DNA of 64,000 nt, from NCBI GenBank assembly GCA_001780985.1, contig MFJV01000001.1, forward strand, positions 517,099-581,098. Direction: 5' to 3'. A program made the position numbers and the translations under genes. Shown one piece after another: positions 17,832 to 27,111 of this stretch. This DNA is from Candidatus Gottesmanbacteria bacterium RIFCSPLOWO2_01_FULL_43_11b (GTDB taxonomy: Bacteria; Patescibacteriota; Microgenomatia; UBA10105; UBA927). Within the stretch, counting starts at the first letter, position 1, and each line of letters opens with the position of its first letter. The notes beneath the pieces are model-generated. The model was not told the origin of the DNA. It worked only from the letters and a program-made list of their open reading frames with translations, and made no database searches.

Positions 17832-18920
17832 ATGGCAAAACCACGCGCAATCACCTCAGTTACCGATCTCCTTAAAGAAGGAAAAGCTAACGGCTTTATC
17901 ACGCAAGAGGATATCCTTGCACTTTACCCCAAACCGGAAGATCGAATTAAAGATCTCGACCACCTCTACGACAAACTTATCAAAGCTGGTATTGATGTTT
18001 TTGAAACAACATCAGCTGACATTGAAAAAGAAGCGAGTAAAAGTATTCAGGAACTTGAAAAAGAGATAGAAGCGCTTGCCCGAGCAAGTGCAGAGGGGGT
18101 ATCGGATCCGGTGCGAATGTACCTTAAGGAAATCGGGCGGATTCCGCTTCTTACATTCGCCGACGAAATGTCGCTTGCAAAGCGCTACGAGCGGGGAGAT
18201 AAACGAGCAAAAAGGAAACTCACCGAGAGCAATCTCCGTCTGGTCGTTTCCATTGCAAAAAAATATATCGGCCGCGGGATGAGCCTCCTTGATCTTATTC
18301 AGGAAGGCAATCAAGGATTAATTCGGGCGGTTGAAAAATACGACTGGCGGAAAGGATTTAAATTTTCTACCTATGCAACCTGGTGGATCCGTCAGGCTAT
18401 AACCCGCGCAATCGCCGATCAAGCAAGGACAATAAGAATCCCAGTCCACATGGTTGAGACAATCAATCGCTTTGTCCGCGCAAGCCGACGACTTATGCAG
18501 GAGTTGGGGCGCGAGCCAACACCGGAAGAAATTGCAAAGGTCATGGAAATTGATGTTACCAAGGTTCGGGAGATTATGAAAGTAAGCCAGGAACCAACGA
18601 GTCTTGAAACACCGGTGGGCGATGAGGAAGATAGTCACTTGGGCGATTTTATTTCAGATCCGGGGCCAACGCCGTACGACCAAACGAGCAGGCAACTTCT
18701 CAAAGAACATATGGAAGAAGTCTTAACTACTCTATCTGACCGTGAGAAAAGAGTGTTGATTCTCCGATTCGGTTTAGAAGACGGAAGGCCGCGGACGCTT
18801 GAAGAGGTCGGTGCCCAGTTTGGCGTTACCCGAGAGCGTATTCGGCAAATAGAGGCAAAAGCTTTACGGAAATTGCGCCATCCTTCACGAAGTAAAAAAC
18901 TTAAAGATTACCTAGAGTGA
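17832..18920 (+). CDS. rpoD: RNA polymerase sigma factor RpoD (primary sigma-70)
   Basis: Region 1.2 ([17 protein letters not shown]), region 2 ([53 protein letters not shown]), region 4 ([29 protein letters not shown]). Confidence 0.9.
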   Translation: MAKPRAITSVTDLLKEGKANGFITQEDILALYPKPEDRIKDLDHLYDKLIKAGIDVFETTSADIEKEASKSIQELEKEIEALARASAEGVSDPVRMYLKEIGRIPLLTFADEMSLAKRYERGDKRAKRKLTESNLRLVVSIAKKYIGRGMSLLDLIQEGNQGLIRAVEKYDWRKGFKFSTYATWWIRQAITRAIADQARTIRIPVHMVETINRFVRASRRLMQELGREPTPEEIAKVMEIDVTKVREIMKVSQEPTSLETPVGDEEDSHLGDFISDPGPTPYDQTSRQLLKEHMEEVLTTLSDREKRVLILRFGLEDGRPRTLEEVGAQFGVTRERIRQIEAKALRKLRHPSRSKKLKDYLE

Positions 18921-20437
18921 AAAATTTTACTCTCTTGCTCGTTTTTTTTCTCGCGCTTACTCTTCGCGTGTACCATTTAGGAGTGTTACCCAACGGGTTT
19001 TATGAAGAAGAAGTAACCAATGCCTACGTTGGCCGGTTTATTTTTGAAAACGGGAGAGATCTTTACGGCAATTGGTTCCCGCTACTCTATTTTGATAAAT
19101 TCGGTGACTTTCCTCCGGTGCTCCCCATGTATGTATCCGGACTCTCAACATATTTTTTTGGACTCACTGAATTTGCTGCGCGGTTTCCCACAGCGTTTAT
19201 AGGAGCACTTGCAGTATTCCCGATTTTTGGTCTTGCATACTTTTTTTTCAAAGACAAACGCGCGGGTTTCATGGCCTCTCTCCTTTTGGCGATAACACCG
19301 TGGCACGTCGTATTATCTCGAACATCAGCAGAAGGAGTGATCGGATTTACTGCATTTACCTATGGACTTTTATGGGTATTAACGAAAAAGCGGTACGGTT
19401 TTCTCTTGCTGTTTCTTTGTTATTTTCTCTATCCCGGTCTTCGTCTCATCATTCCGTTGGCTCTCCTTCCCTTTATTAAAAAATACTTTAAACCAACACT
19501 GTTTCTTTTTTTCCTCACGGCTTTGATTGCGATAACACCATGGGGAAAGGGAAGATTTGTGCAAACCTCGCTTTTCAACAACTCCGAAATGCGGCAGCAA
19601 ATTACTCAAACCCAACAGAACTTTTTATACACAACAAAAAACCCGTATGCTCGTGTATTTCACAACAAAGTAGTCGGTTACGCACGGGAATTTGTTAATC
19701 AGTTTACGAGTTACTTTTCTCCCCGACACTTATTTTTAGAAGCCGGAGGACAGCCGCGTTATTTTAGTGTTCCTGCTCAAGGGCTGTTGTATATAACCAT
19801 GGGAGTACTCATTGTTATCTCGTTTATTGGGGGCGTTTTTTGGTATATTGCGTATTTACTTCTTGTTACTCCCTTGCCAGCAGTACTCACTGTAGATTTT
19901 GTTCCACACGCCCACCGATCACTATTTCTTCTTCTTCCCATGATTCTTCTTGCTGCTTTGGGGTACAAATATATTCACAAAATAAAATTTATCCCCGTTA
20001 TTTTTTTGCTTGCACTGTTAGTTGAAGGTATATTTTTCTGGCATCAATATGCCAATTACAGTGATTCCTATCACAGTATTTTGCGAAATGATGGAGATAA
20101 AGAGCTTGCACAATATCTCATCAGAGAACAAGCCGCGTATGAAAAAATTATCATGCCGCCGTTTGCAAGGCTGCCGATTTACTACCTCTATTTTTCAGGA
20201 AATTTTGATGTGTCACTTATCGGCCAATTTCAGTCGCAACTGCAAATGAAAAGGTTGGGAAAAATTGATTTTGCCTCTGATTGGTGCCCGACAAAATTTC
20301 TTAACAAATCAGAAATACCATCATCAACACTGATTGTAGAAAACGGCGACTGCGGAGGGACACTGGGATATAGAGGAATAGAACAAATTATGCGCCTCGA
20401 CAGCACTCGCGCTTACAATCTCGTTATCCCTGAATAA
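18917..20437 (+). CDS. GT-C fold membrane glycosyltransferase (PMT/ArnT-like, family 39-type) paralogue
   Basis: 506 aa with about 12 TM helices and the motif-rich N-terminal loop ([25 protein letters not shown]...FDKFGDFPP). The start overlaps the rpoD stop by 4 nt (ATGA). Confidence 0.6.
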   Translation: MKNFTLLLVFFLALTLRVYHLGVLPNGFYEEEVTNAYVGRFIFENGRDLYGNWFPLLYFDKFGDFPPVLPMYVSGLSTYFFGLTEFAARFPTAFIGALAVFPIFGLAYFFFKDKRAGFMASLLLAITPWHVVLSRTSAEGVIGFTAFTYGLLWVLTKKRYGFLLLFLCYFLYPGLRLIIPLALLPFIKKYFKPTLFLFFLTALIAITPWGKGRFVQTSLFNNSEMRQQITQTQQNFLYTTKNPYARVFHNKVVGYAREFVNQFTSYFSPRHLFLEAGGQPRYFSVPAQGLLYITMGVLIVISFIGGVFWYIAYLLLVTPLPAVLTVDFVPHAHRSLFLLLPMILLAALGYKYIHKIKFIPVIFLLALLVEGIFFWHQYANYSDSYHSILRNDGDKELAQYLIREQAAYEKIIMPPFARLPIYYLYFSGNFDVSLIGQFQSQLQMKRLGKIDFASDWCPTKFLNKSEIPSSTLIVENGDCGGTLGYRGIEQIMRLDSTRAYNLVIPE

Positions 20438-20440
20438 AGT

Positions 20441-21169
20441 TTAACTTCCGCAGGATTCGCTCTGACTTTCGACCTCAAACATATGGTCGCGGCTTACTTT
20501 TTGCGAAAGATCGACATTTGCATCATTTCCTGCAACAAAAAGGACACTATCATATTTTGTGATAGGTTCTTTCAGTATATTTTCAACTCTGACACCATTG
20601 ACGTATCCCGCAACTTCTTGTGCGGAGGGAAATTCATAGCGAATATTTGTAAACAGATCTTTCCACGTAGCGTCGTTTCGATGCACATGGACGACATCAC
20701 CAACTCCGTCATGGAGATGCGCTTTTTCGAGTTGTTCATCTTCTTCTACCTCATGACCTTCTTCATCACAGGCTTCAACGTGCATATATTTAGTATCAGA
20801 AAAATCCTGTTTAACTCCATCGACATAAACAAGAAAACCTGCGTGGTAGTGGACTTCTTCTATGGATCTTCCGATGCCTGAAAAAAGAAGCCCGAGAGCA
20901 ATTGCGGTCAAAACGCCAAATATCGCAATAGTCTGCAAAAATAGTTTTACTGCCTGTTTTTTCTTGTTGTCGAAATAAAGCTGGAGGGGCTGATAGCAGA
21001 ATAGATATCCCATGACAGCGGCTGAAAGAGTAAAGAGAGACATGGCGGCAATGGGGGCAAGAAAATTAGAGACGCGGGGAGCGTATTTAGAGCCGATAGT
21101 CATCACTGCGGCAACGATAACAATATAGACGCTTGCAGCAATGGCATTGAGCAGCGGATTCTTCGTCAT
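20441..21169 (-). CDS. membrane protein with a His/acidic-rich extracytoplasmic C-terminal domain, hypothetical
   Basis: 242 aa. The N-terminal ~110 aa has three predicted TM helices. The C-terminal soluble part has clustered His/Glu/Asp (HYHAGF, HVEACDEEGHEVEEDEQLEKAHLHDGVGDVVHVHRND). Confidence 0.45.
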   Translation of the reverse strand: MTKNPLLNAIAASVYIVIVAAVMTIGSKYAPRVSNFLAPIAAMSLFTLSAAVMGYLFCYQPLQLYFDNKKKQAVKLFLQTIAIFGVLTAIALGLLFSGIGRSIEEVHYHAGFLVYVDGVKQDFSDTKYMHVEACDEEGHEVEEDEQLEKAHLHDGVGDVVHVHRNDATWKDLFTNIRYEFPSAQEVAGYVNGVRVENILKEPITKYDSVLFVAGNDANVDLSQKVSRDHMFEVESQSESCGS

Positions 21170-21209
21170 AGCGGCTTAATTATAGTATAATAGCCATGTT
21201 CTTTACCAT

Positions 21210-21285
21210 TCCCCTGTGGCGCAATGGTAGCGCGGCCGCCTGTTAAGCGGAAGGTTTGTCGGTTCGAGTCCGACCGGGGGAGCCA
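21210..21285 (+). tRNA. tRNA-Asn (anticodon GTT), CCA encoded
   Basis: Acceptor TCCCCTG/CGGGGGA with a U1-A72 pair as in E. coli tRNA-Asn. Anticodon loop CTGTTAA, T-loop TTCGAGT, discriminator G, then genomic CCA (21283-21285). Confidence 0.8.
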
Positions 21286-21304
21286 TCTTTCGCCAAGGCT
21301 TCAG

Positions 21305-21556
21305 ATGGTTATGTTTTACACATACATTCTGAAAAGCTCAAAATCTAACCTATTTTATACAGGTTGGACTACTGATTTGCAAAAGAGAGTGAAACAGCAT
21401 AATAGCGGCGAGTCTTTTGCAAGTAAACCATATAGGCCGTGGACGTTAGTGTACTATTCAGCATTTGAAACTGAAAAGCTAGCAAAAGATTTTGAGCGAT
21501 ACTTAAAATCTGGATCGGGAAAGGCTTTCTCAAGGAAACGGTTCCTGAAGCCTTGA
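21305..21556 (+). CDS. GIY-YIG nuclease family protein (small, YhbQ/UPF0213-like)
   Basis: The track ORF 21224..21556 begins inside the tRNA. ATG 21305 gives MVMFYTYILKS...LFYTGWTTDLQKRVKQHN...PWTLVYYSAFETEKLAKDFERYLKSGSGKAF, the GIY-YIG core signature. Confidence 0.7.
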   Translation: MVMFYTYILKSSKSNLFYTGWTTDLQKRVKQHNSGESFASKPYRPWTLVYYSAFETEKLAKDFERYLKSGSGKAFSRKRFLKP

Positions 21557-21625
21557 AGAAAGATGTTTCTCGGTGTTAAGGTGTTCGTAGCCATCCTTCA
21601 TTGAAATTTTGGATGGCGAAGTACA

Positions 21626-21639
21626 CCGACCAGGGGAGC
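21626..21639 (+). repeat. direct repeat of the tRNA-Asn 3' end (possible att-like scar)
   Basis: CCGACCAGGGGAGC (21626-21639) versus tRNA 3' end CCGACCGGGGGAGC (21270-21283), 13/14 identical. A GC-rich hairpin (21590-21617, GCCATCC...GGATGGC) lies just upstream. Confidence 0.4.
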
Positions 21640-21654
21640 ACTAAATTTTCACTT

Positions 21655-22236
21655 TTATATTACTGATGTAGCAACAAGATTATACAGGCCATGGGCAGCC
21701 ATAGAGTAAACAAGAGAATTTCCACCTTTTTCGTCTTTGGCAAAGCCAAAATAAACCCCAACCCAACCGGTCATGGCTGCAGTTGGTAATGAATAACCTT
21801 TCACTAAATGGACTAAAGCAAAAAGGATATTGGAAGCCGCCAAACTAAACCAAATATTCCCCCCAAATCTTTTTTTAAAATCTTCCTGCAAATATCCCCG
21901 GAAGAAAAATTCTTCTGCAAAAGAACCAATCAGTAGCATTAAAGGAAATATGCTGGGAGCTACAAACGGTTTCCCCGTCAAAGACCATCTAAAATATAAA
22001 ACTACCGGCAGGAGAAACACAAAAAATATTCCCATTAGGGGTTTGCCAACCCTAAAACCCAAATCCGCAAAGAAAAATTTTTTAAAAAGAATGAGTAGAG
22101 CAGGCAGGAGAAATAGGACTAGATAATAAGGATCAAAAGGCATTAAGCCAGTTGCCTGAATAGGGCGGCGCAGAGCATAGGTAGCAATCACAACTGCCGA
22201 CAAAAAAATAGGCACCAGGACAGAAGTTTGTTTCAT
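21655..22236 (-). CDS. CPBP-family intramembrane metalloprotease (CAAX protease/Abi)
   Basis: Motifs EEFFFRGYL and FALVHL within a polytopic membrane protein. Confidence 0.8.
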   Translation of the reverse strand: MKQTSVLVPIFLSAVVIATYALRRPIQATGLMPFDPYYLVLFLLPALLILFKKFFFADLGFRVGKPLMGIFFVFLLPVVLYFRWSLTGKPFVAPSIFPLMLLIGSFAEEFFFRGYLQEDFKKRFGGNIWFSLAASNILFALVHLVKGYSLPTAAMTGWVGVYFGFAKDEKGGNSLVYSMAAHGLYNLVATSVI

Positions 22237-22258
22237 TAATTCTACTGTACACCCCCTC

Positions 22259-22945
22259 TTGATAACGAGTCAAATAAGGAATACAGTTTATTTAATGCAC
22301 AGGATATTACTGTATATTGGGGGAATAATTTTTGCCCTATTTGTCATTATGTCTTCCCCCAAGCCTACTCTGGCTGCCCCTCTGGGTGATATCTTTTCCT
22401 CCCAGGACTCTCTTTTTGTAAGAATTCAAGAAAGAATCGAGTATTTCTTCGCGTTTAATGTACAGCAAAAAGTCATTGTTTTGGAAAAGCAGGCAGAAAG
22501 AAGGCTGACGCGGGCAGAAAACCTGGTAAAAACAAAGGATGTTAGTCAAGTCCTATCTTTGATTAAAAGTTATGAAACTCTTAAAGAAAAACAAGGTGAT
22601 TTGATAAGGGGCGCGCCGACAACAGTTCTGGATAAGGCAAAAGAACAAACTATTAAACAACAGGCCAGAATTGAGGTTATGAAGGAAGATATGTCTGAGG
22701 AGGCGAAAGAATTAATTGAAGACGGTCAAAAAACAGTCATAAAAACAATGATTGATACTATAGATGACAGTGGGACGAAAGAGAATAAAGATGAAGCAAC
22801 CGAGTTTGCCGAAGAAATAAAAAATGTTATAGACCCGGGAAGCAACATCTTTGTTCCGGGAACTAATGAAGTCGCCCCGGGTACTCTCGAAGTTGCTCCT
22901 GGTACCTCTGAGGTCGCTCCCGGTGTACAAGATATTAAACCATGA
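22259..22945 (+). CDS. DUF5667-like secreted protein with a C-terminal VAPG tandem repeat
   Basis: N-terminal TM/signal region and a helical domain resembling DUF5667 proteins. The C-terminus has three 8-aa repeats (VPGTNEVAPGTLEVAPGTSEVAPG) encoded by 24-nt tandem repeats around 22855-22925. Confidence 0.5.
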   Translation: MITSQIRNTVYLMHRILLYIGGIIFALFVIMSSPKPTLAAPLGDIFSSQDSLFVRIQERIEYFFAFNVQQKVIVLEKQAERRLTRAENLVKTKDVSQVLSLIKSYETLKEKQGDLIRGAPTTVLDKAKEQTIKQQARIEVMKEDMSEEAKELIEDGQKTVIKTMIDTIDDSGTKENKDEATEFAEEIKNVIDPGSNIFVPGTNEVAPGTLEVAPGTSEVAPGVQDIKP

Positions 22946-23145
22946 AATCCTGACTACGCATCCTAATGTTCCGAGTATTCGCCAATCAGATAGGTATAAT
23001 TACAATTTTCTCCTTACCCGAAATGTCAGGGGGGTTAGATAGAGAGAAGTTGCTTGGTTTGTTGAAGCACTAAGTCTGGATAGTCGATGATTGTTAACCA
23101 ATCAATTATTCGGTAATCGTCCCACTTGGCGAGCAAGCTAGGACG

Positions 23146-24129
23146 TTAATCTTCCTCGAGTTGTTTTTCTTCAATAGATTCCTCTCCAGTCTTTTTATTT
23201 TTCCAGTAGATAATGGCTCCAATACTCATCCCTCCGAGCCCGAATAGTATCATAACAATTGAGGGTAACATTTTTGTATTTGAAGAATCGGAGACGAGAG
23301 TTGGTATTTTTGGAATGGGTGTCTCGGTGGGGGTGGGTGTTTGTGTTAGTGTTGGCGTTAGTGTTGGGGTAGGTGTGGGAGTTGACGTTATTCTTACCCC
23401 TCCAACGACGGCTGAAAGTTCGTTGGAATAGCTTCCGGGAGCGCATCCGTTCCCCGCTTTTACCACAAAATAATACGTTGTTCCATACGCTAAGCTGCCA
23501 ACGGTATATGAGATTGTGCCTTTTCCGCCAACACTGGGATTTCCATAGGTATACTGTTTCGATGATGTGCCATAGGCAACAAGATAATAACTGACCGGAT
23601 CTGCGGCTTCGCTCCACGTTAATGTTATTTGGTTTGCACCAGTTACTTCTGCGGATTGTAACATTGGGACACTGGTAGGGGCAGAATCTTTACAGGAGGG
23701 GTCCGGCGCAAGGGAGGCTGGAGTGAATGTTACCCAAACGCTACCCAGTGTAACCGGCGGGAGGTCACTTGTATCGGTTAGTGTAAATGTTACGGTTCCC
23801 GGACTTGCGTTTCGGCTACTTACGGTAAAATTGACTTTTCCATTTGAGTCCGTTGCCGCAGTATGATGGTTCACTCCCACTGGTCCTCCGTTAATAACGA
23901 GTCCCGAGTCGGCACTGCTCGTCAATTTAATATGATCCCCAGAGAGAGAATTCTTGAAACTATCTTTGACTGTCACTGAAATGGTTGCGGTTGTTGCTCC
24001 ATCCGCAGGAAGCGACGTAGTGCTAGTTGAAATACTTGAATTCACCGGGTCTGCATTATTATTTGCGAAAGTCGGATGTAGGGAAAAAATGAAAATAACA
24101 AAAAAGAAGACAACAGCAATGACACGCAT
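23146..24129 (-). CDS. cell-surface protein with Big-like and FN3-like domains, Thr/Pro-rich stalk and C-terminal membrane anchor
   Basis: Signal peptide, Ig-like beta-sandwich segment and an FN3-like segment (SYYLVAYGTSSKQYTYGN...TTYYFVVKAGNGCAPGSYS). A TPTPTPTLTPTLTQTPTPTETP linker is followed by a TM helix and a basic/acidic tail. Confidence 0.55.
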   Translation of the reverse strand: MRVIAVVFFFVIFIFSLHPTFANNNADPVNSSISTSTTSLPADGATTATISVTVKDSFKNSLSGDHIKLTSSADSGLVINGGPVGVNHHTAATDSNGKVNFTVSSRNASPGTVTFTLTDTSDLPPVTLGSVWVTFTPASLAPDPSCKDSAPTSVPMLQSAEVTGANQITLTWSEAADPVSYYLVAYGTSSKQYTYGNPSVGGKGTISYTVGSLAYGTTYYFVVKAGNGCAPGSYSNELSAVVGGVRITSTPTPTPTLTPTLTQTPTPTETPIPKIPTLVSDSSNTKMLPSIVMILFGLGGMSIGAIIYWKNKKTGEESIEEKQLEED

Positions 24130-24165
24130 ACTATTCAGTATAGTATGCTTTCTCTATGAGATCAC

Positions 24166-24429
24166 CTATCTTTGGGCCCCAGTTGGTTGGGGTGGTGGTA
24201 CATTATTCGGTTGTTGCACTTGTCCGCCGGGCCGCTGGTCATTCCCTTGAAATGGTTGTTGGTTTATTCCGCTTTGTTGGAGTTGTCCTGCTGGTTGATT
24301 TGTCATTTGATTAAATTTCGCTAAAGAGTTGGTGACCACAAGAGAAACAACAACCCCAAAAAGCAAAATCCCAAGAGGCACCCAGATAATATAAAAAATC
24401 AGTTGTAAAATTTTGTTTGCATTATCCAT
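24166..24429 (-). CDS. small membrane protein with Pro/Gln-rich tail, hypothetical
   Basis: 87 aa with one TM helix (IWVPLGILLFGVVVSLVV), then a Gln/Pro/Gly-rich tail. Confidence 0.35.
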   Translation of the reverse strand: MDNANKILQLIFYIIWVPLGILLFGVVVSLVVTNSLAKFNQMTNQPAGQLQQSGINQQPFQGNDQRPGGQVQQPNNVPPPQPTGAQR

Positions 24430-24544
24430 TTAACTTAATCACCCCCTTAAGATCAATTCTCTCACAATTTCAGTATACTACAGACAAATCAATTGGTCTG
24501 TCTGAAATCGCCCCAGTAAGCGAGCAAATAATTGTTCACTAACA

Positions 24545-24841
24545 TTAAAGTTTTGACAATACATACGAGACGGAGCGGCCGCGGCCGATTTTTGTAAGAT
24601 TCCCCTGATTCACCAGAAAGTTGAGATAATTTGCAGCGGTTGCACGGGAGATCTTGAGTTCTTCGCGGATATTTCTATTCGTAATTGGTCCCACTTTTGC
24701 GAGCGAAAGAATTGCAGTAAGCCGCCCATCACGACGAGTTTTACGTACTTCGTTGGCTTTCTCGCGGATAATTGAAAGACGTTTTTTTGTGATAGTCTCG
24801 ATGAGTTCCTCAAGGGGGATTTCCTGTGGGTAGCTATCCAT
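24545..24841 (-). CDS. winged-helix DNA-binding protein
   Basis: The C-terminal ITNRNIREELKISRATAANYLNFLVNQGNLTKIGRGRSVSYVL resembles a MarR/ArsR-type wHTH. Confidence 0.5.
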   Translation of the reverse strand: MDSYPQEIPLEELIETITKKRLSIIREKANEVRKTRRDGRLTAILSLAKVGPITNRNIREELKISRATAANYLNFLVNQGNLTKIGRGRSVSYVLSKL

Positions 24842-24942
24842 AATTGTCTATTTTCATCCATTTTAGACAATTAGTCAAGAAAAGTGACACAATAAATACA
24901 TGGAAATAGGAAAGGCTGTACGACCCCATACACTCGTAGTGG

Positions 24943-25701
24943 ATGATCGTTTTATATAATGCCAAGTGTATGTTTGCACATCCTGTTTTCTATGCGTTAC
25001 TTGCTACGCTTTTTACGTGGGGAGTGACAGCGGTTGGGGCGGCGGGAGTGCTCGTGTACAAGAAAGCAAATCAAAACGTTCTTGACGGGATGCTTGGATT
25101 TACTGCCGGAGTCATGATCGCCGCGAGTTTTTGGTCGCTTCTAGCTCCATCGATTGCGCTTGCCCGCAGTTTTGGCGCTATCCCGTGGGTTCCTCCGCTT
25201 GTCGGGTTTCTCACTGGAGGTGCGTTTCTGTTTGCAGTTGATAAGCTCCTTCCTCATCTTCATCTTTATGCGCCACAAAAAGAAACAGAGGGAGTAAAAA
25301 CCGGATGGCATAAAACGTTTCTTCTTTTTTTGGCAATTACGCTCCACAATATTCCCGAGGGTTTGGCAATTGGGGTTGCCTTTGGTGCCGCTTCGCTTGC
25401 TATCCCCGGAGTAACTTTGGTAAACGCAATAGCACTCGCAGTCGGTATCGGGATCCAAAATTTTCCTGAGGGGTTTGCCGTTTCGATGCCGTTTCGGAGA
25501 GAAGGGGTGAGCCGCTTTAAAAGTTTTCTGTACGGACAAGCATCGGCACTTGTCGAGCCGGTTGCTGCGGGAGCGATGATCTATGTATCGGTTGAAGAGA
25601 TTATTCCGGAATCTCAGACACGCGGTACCGACAGTGCAACCATTGGCGCCATGATTGGATTTGCAATTATGATGACTCTGGATGTTGCCTTCAGCCCATA
25701 G
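24943..25701 (+). CDS. zupT: ZIP-family divalent metal transporter (ZupT-like)
   Basis: ZIP signature motifs HNIPEGLAIG and QNFPEGFAVS in a polytopic membrane protein. The start could be the internal Met at 24970. Confidence 0.85.
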   Translation: MIVLYNAKCMFAHPVFYALLATLFTWGVTAVGAAGVLVYKKANQNVLDGMLGFTAGVMIAASFWSLLAPSIALARSFGAIPWVPPLVGFLTGGAFLFAVDKLLPHLHLYAPQKETEGVKTGWHKTFLLFLAITLHNIPEGLAIGVAFGAASLAIPGVTLVNAIALAVGIGIQNFPEGFAVSMPFRREGVSRFKSFLYGQASALVEPVAAGAMIYVSVEEIIPESQTRGTDSATIGAMIGFAIMMTLDVAFSP

Positions 25702-25755
25702 CTAGCAAAAACCCCTCTTGACAATGAATTAATTTTGGGCATGAAATAAAATACT

Positions 25756-26346
25756 ATGGTTCTTCAAAAAACTATATCCGCGCTTGAGAGCAAAGGATAT
25801 ACCGTTATCGTTGTAAAGAACGGGAAAGAGGCATTGGAATACATAAAGAAAATTATTCCACAAGGCGCTTCTGTTATGAACGGATCCTCTGTTACCCTCG
25901 AACAGATAGGATATGAGACGTATCTAGGGAGTGGGAATCACGGGTGGGTTGATCTTCACGCAAAAGTAAACGCAGAATCTGACCGAGAAAAAAGAAGGAA
26001 ATTGCGGCGTGAGTCAGTCCTATCCGACTATTACGTCGGTAGCGTTCATGCGCTTATTCAAACCGGAGAATTTGTGATGGCATCAAATAGCGGCAGTCAA
26101 CTTCCCCACATTGTTTTTACTTCTCATAATCTCCTCTTTGTGGTGAGCACCAAAAAAATTGTACCGACTCTGGATGAAGGCATGAAACGCGTGCGGGAAT
26201 ACGTTTTTCCGCTTGAGGATACACACATGAAAGAGAAATACGGTGTGGGAACGGGACTCAATAAAATACTCATCTTCCGTGGTGAGATGCCGGCAAGCGG
26301 TCGCAAGATTACTTTCCTTCTCGTAGAAGAAAATTTAGGTTTTTGA
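25756..26346 (+). CDS. LUD-domain (DUF162)-like protein
   Basis: 196 aa. The overall pattern resembles the lactate-utilisation LutC/YkgG LUD fold. No decisive motif is visible, so this is a weak assignment. Confidence 0.35.
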   Translation: MVLQKTISALESKGYTVIVVKNGKEALEYIKKIIPQGASVMNGSSVTLEQIGYETYLGSGNHGWVDLHAKVNAESDREKRRKLRRESVLSDYYVGSVHALIQTGEFVMASNSGSQLPHIVFTSHNLLFVVSTKKIVPTLDEGMKRVREYVFPLEDTHMKEKYGVGTGLNKILIFRGEMPASGRKITFLLVEENLGF

Positions 26347-26349
26347 TTT

Positions 26350-27111
26350 TTGGCGAGTATGCAGATTTCGCTTCTCATGATCATAATTGTTATTTTGTGG
26401 CTCGTGCCCGCACTTCTTGATCATTTAACAGGAAAATTTATATATGTCGTAGTTGCCGCACTTGTGGCGATTATCGCACATGGAATATATTTTTTCGGTC
26501 CTCACATACTGTACCTACTTTTAATAACGTATGTGATAAGCACGGTTGCGGAACTCGTTGCTCTCAAAACACCGATAAACTGCTTTGGCGTACGGTACTG
26601 GTACAATATTAAGAACCCATTTTTTTCTTCAAAGGTTAATTATCTCGGAGTGTATCCCCTTGAAATATCGCTCGCGTGGGTAATATTCAAATACATGTCG
26701 TTTATCCTTGCGCTCCTTATAACATCTGCATTTTCGCTTTCTCCTCCATGGATTATTGTGTTAACCCCGCTCATTCTTGTTTCATTGGATTTCATTATCG
26801 ATCCCGTTTCAGTACACACAGGAAAGCTCTGGCAGTGGGAAAAAGGAAGTTTCTATTTTGGCATTCCCCTTAGAAATTTTTTAGGCTGGTACGTGGTCGG
26901 GTTTATTTCAACGCTGCTATTTACTCTTATCGATCAAGGCAAGCCGGTAACGTTTCACATTCTTTATGTCCTCCCGATTCTCTTTTACGCCTCAGTACTC
27001 AAGCGGGTACCGGCGATGATGAAACTCAATCGACGTCTGGCAATCCTCGGTTCTCTTCCGGTAGTTTTTTGGGTTGGTTTAGGTTTAGTTAGTTTATATA
27101 CCCTCATTTGA
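26350..27111 (+). CDS. polytopic membrane protein (DUF422 / carotenoid-biosynthesis-protein-like family)
   Basis: 253 aa with about 7 TM helices. The segment GIPLRNFLGWYVVGF resembles Pfam Caroten_synth-type proteins. Weak assignment. Confidence 0.35.
   Translation: MASMQISLLMIIIVILWLVPALLDHLTGKFIYVVVAALVAIIAHGIYFFGPHILYLLLITYVISTVAELVALKTPINCFGVRYWYNIKNPFFSSKVNYLGVYPLEISLAWVIFKYMSFILALLITSAFSLSPPWIIVLTPLILVSLDFIIDPVSVHTGKLWQWEKGSFYFGIPLRNFLGWYVVGFISTLLFTLIDQGKPVTFHILYVLPILFYASVLKRVPAMMKLNRRLAILGSLPVVFWVGLGLVSLYTLI

Noticed and set aside
21224-21304. N-terminal extension of the GIY-YIG ORF (MVARPPVKRKV...)
   Set aside because: It lies inside tRNA-Asn. The GIY-YIG domain starts at the ATG at 21305.
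22946-23145. 200-bp intergenic region downstream of the DUF5667 gene as a possible small RNA
   Set aside because: There is no convincing stem-loop architecture or terminator. It more likely holds 3' UTRs of the convergent genes.
23195-23617. 140-aa ORF and other antisense ORFs inside the surface-protein gene, and similar antisense ORFs inside the PBP1A, guaA, guaB and nrdJ genes
   Set aside because: They lie wholly within stronger motif-bearing genes on the opposite strand and have biased, low-complexity translations. They are artefacts of long open antisense frames.
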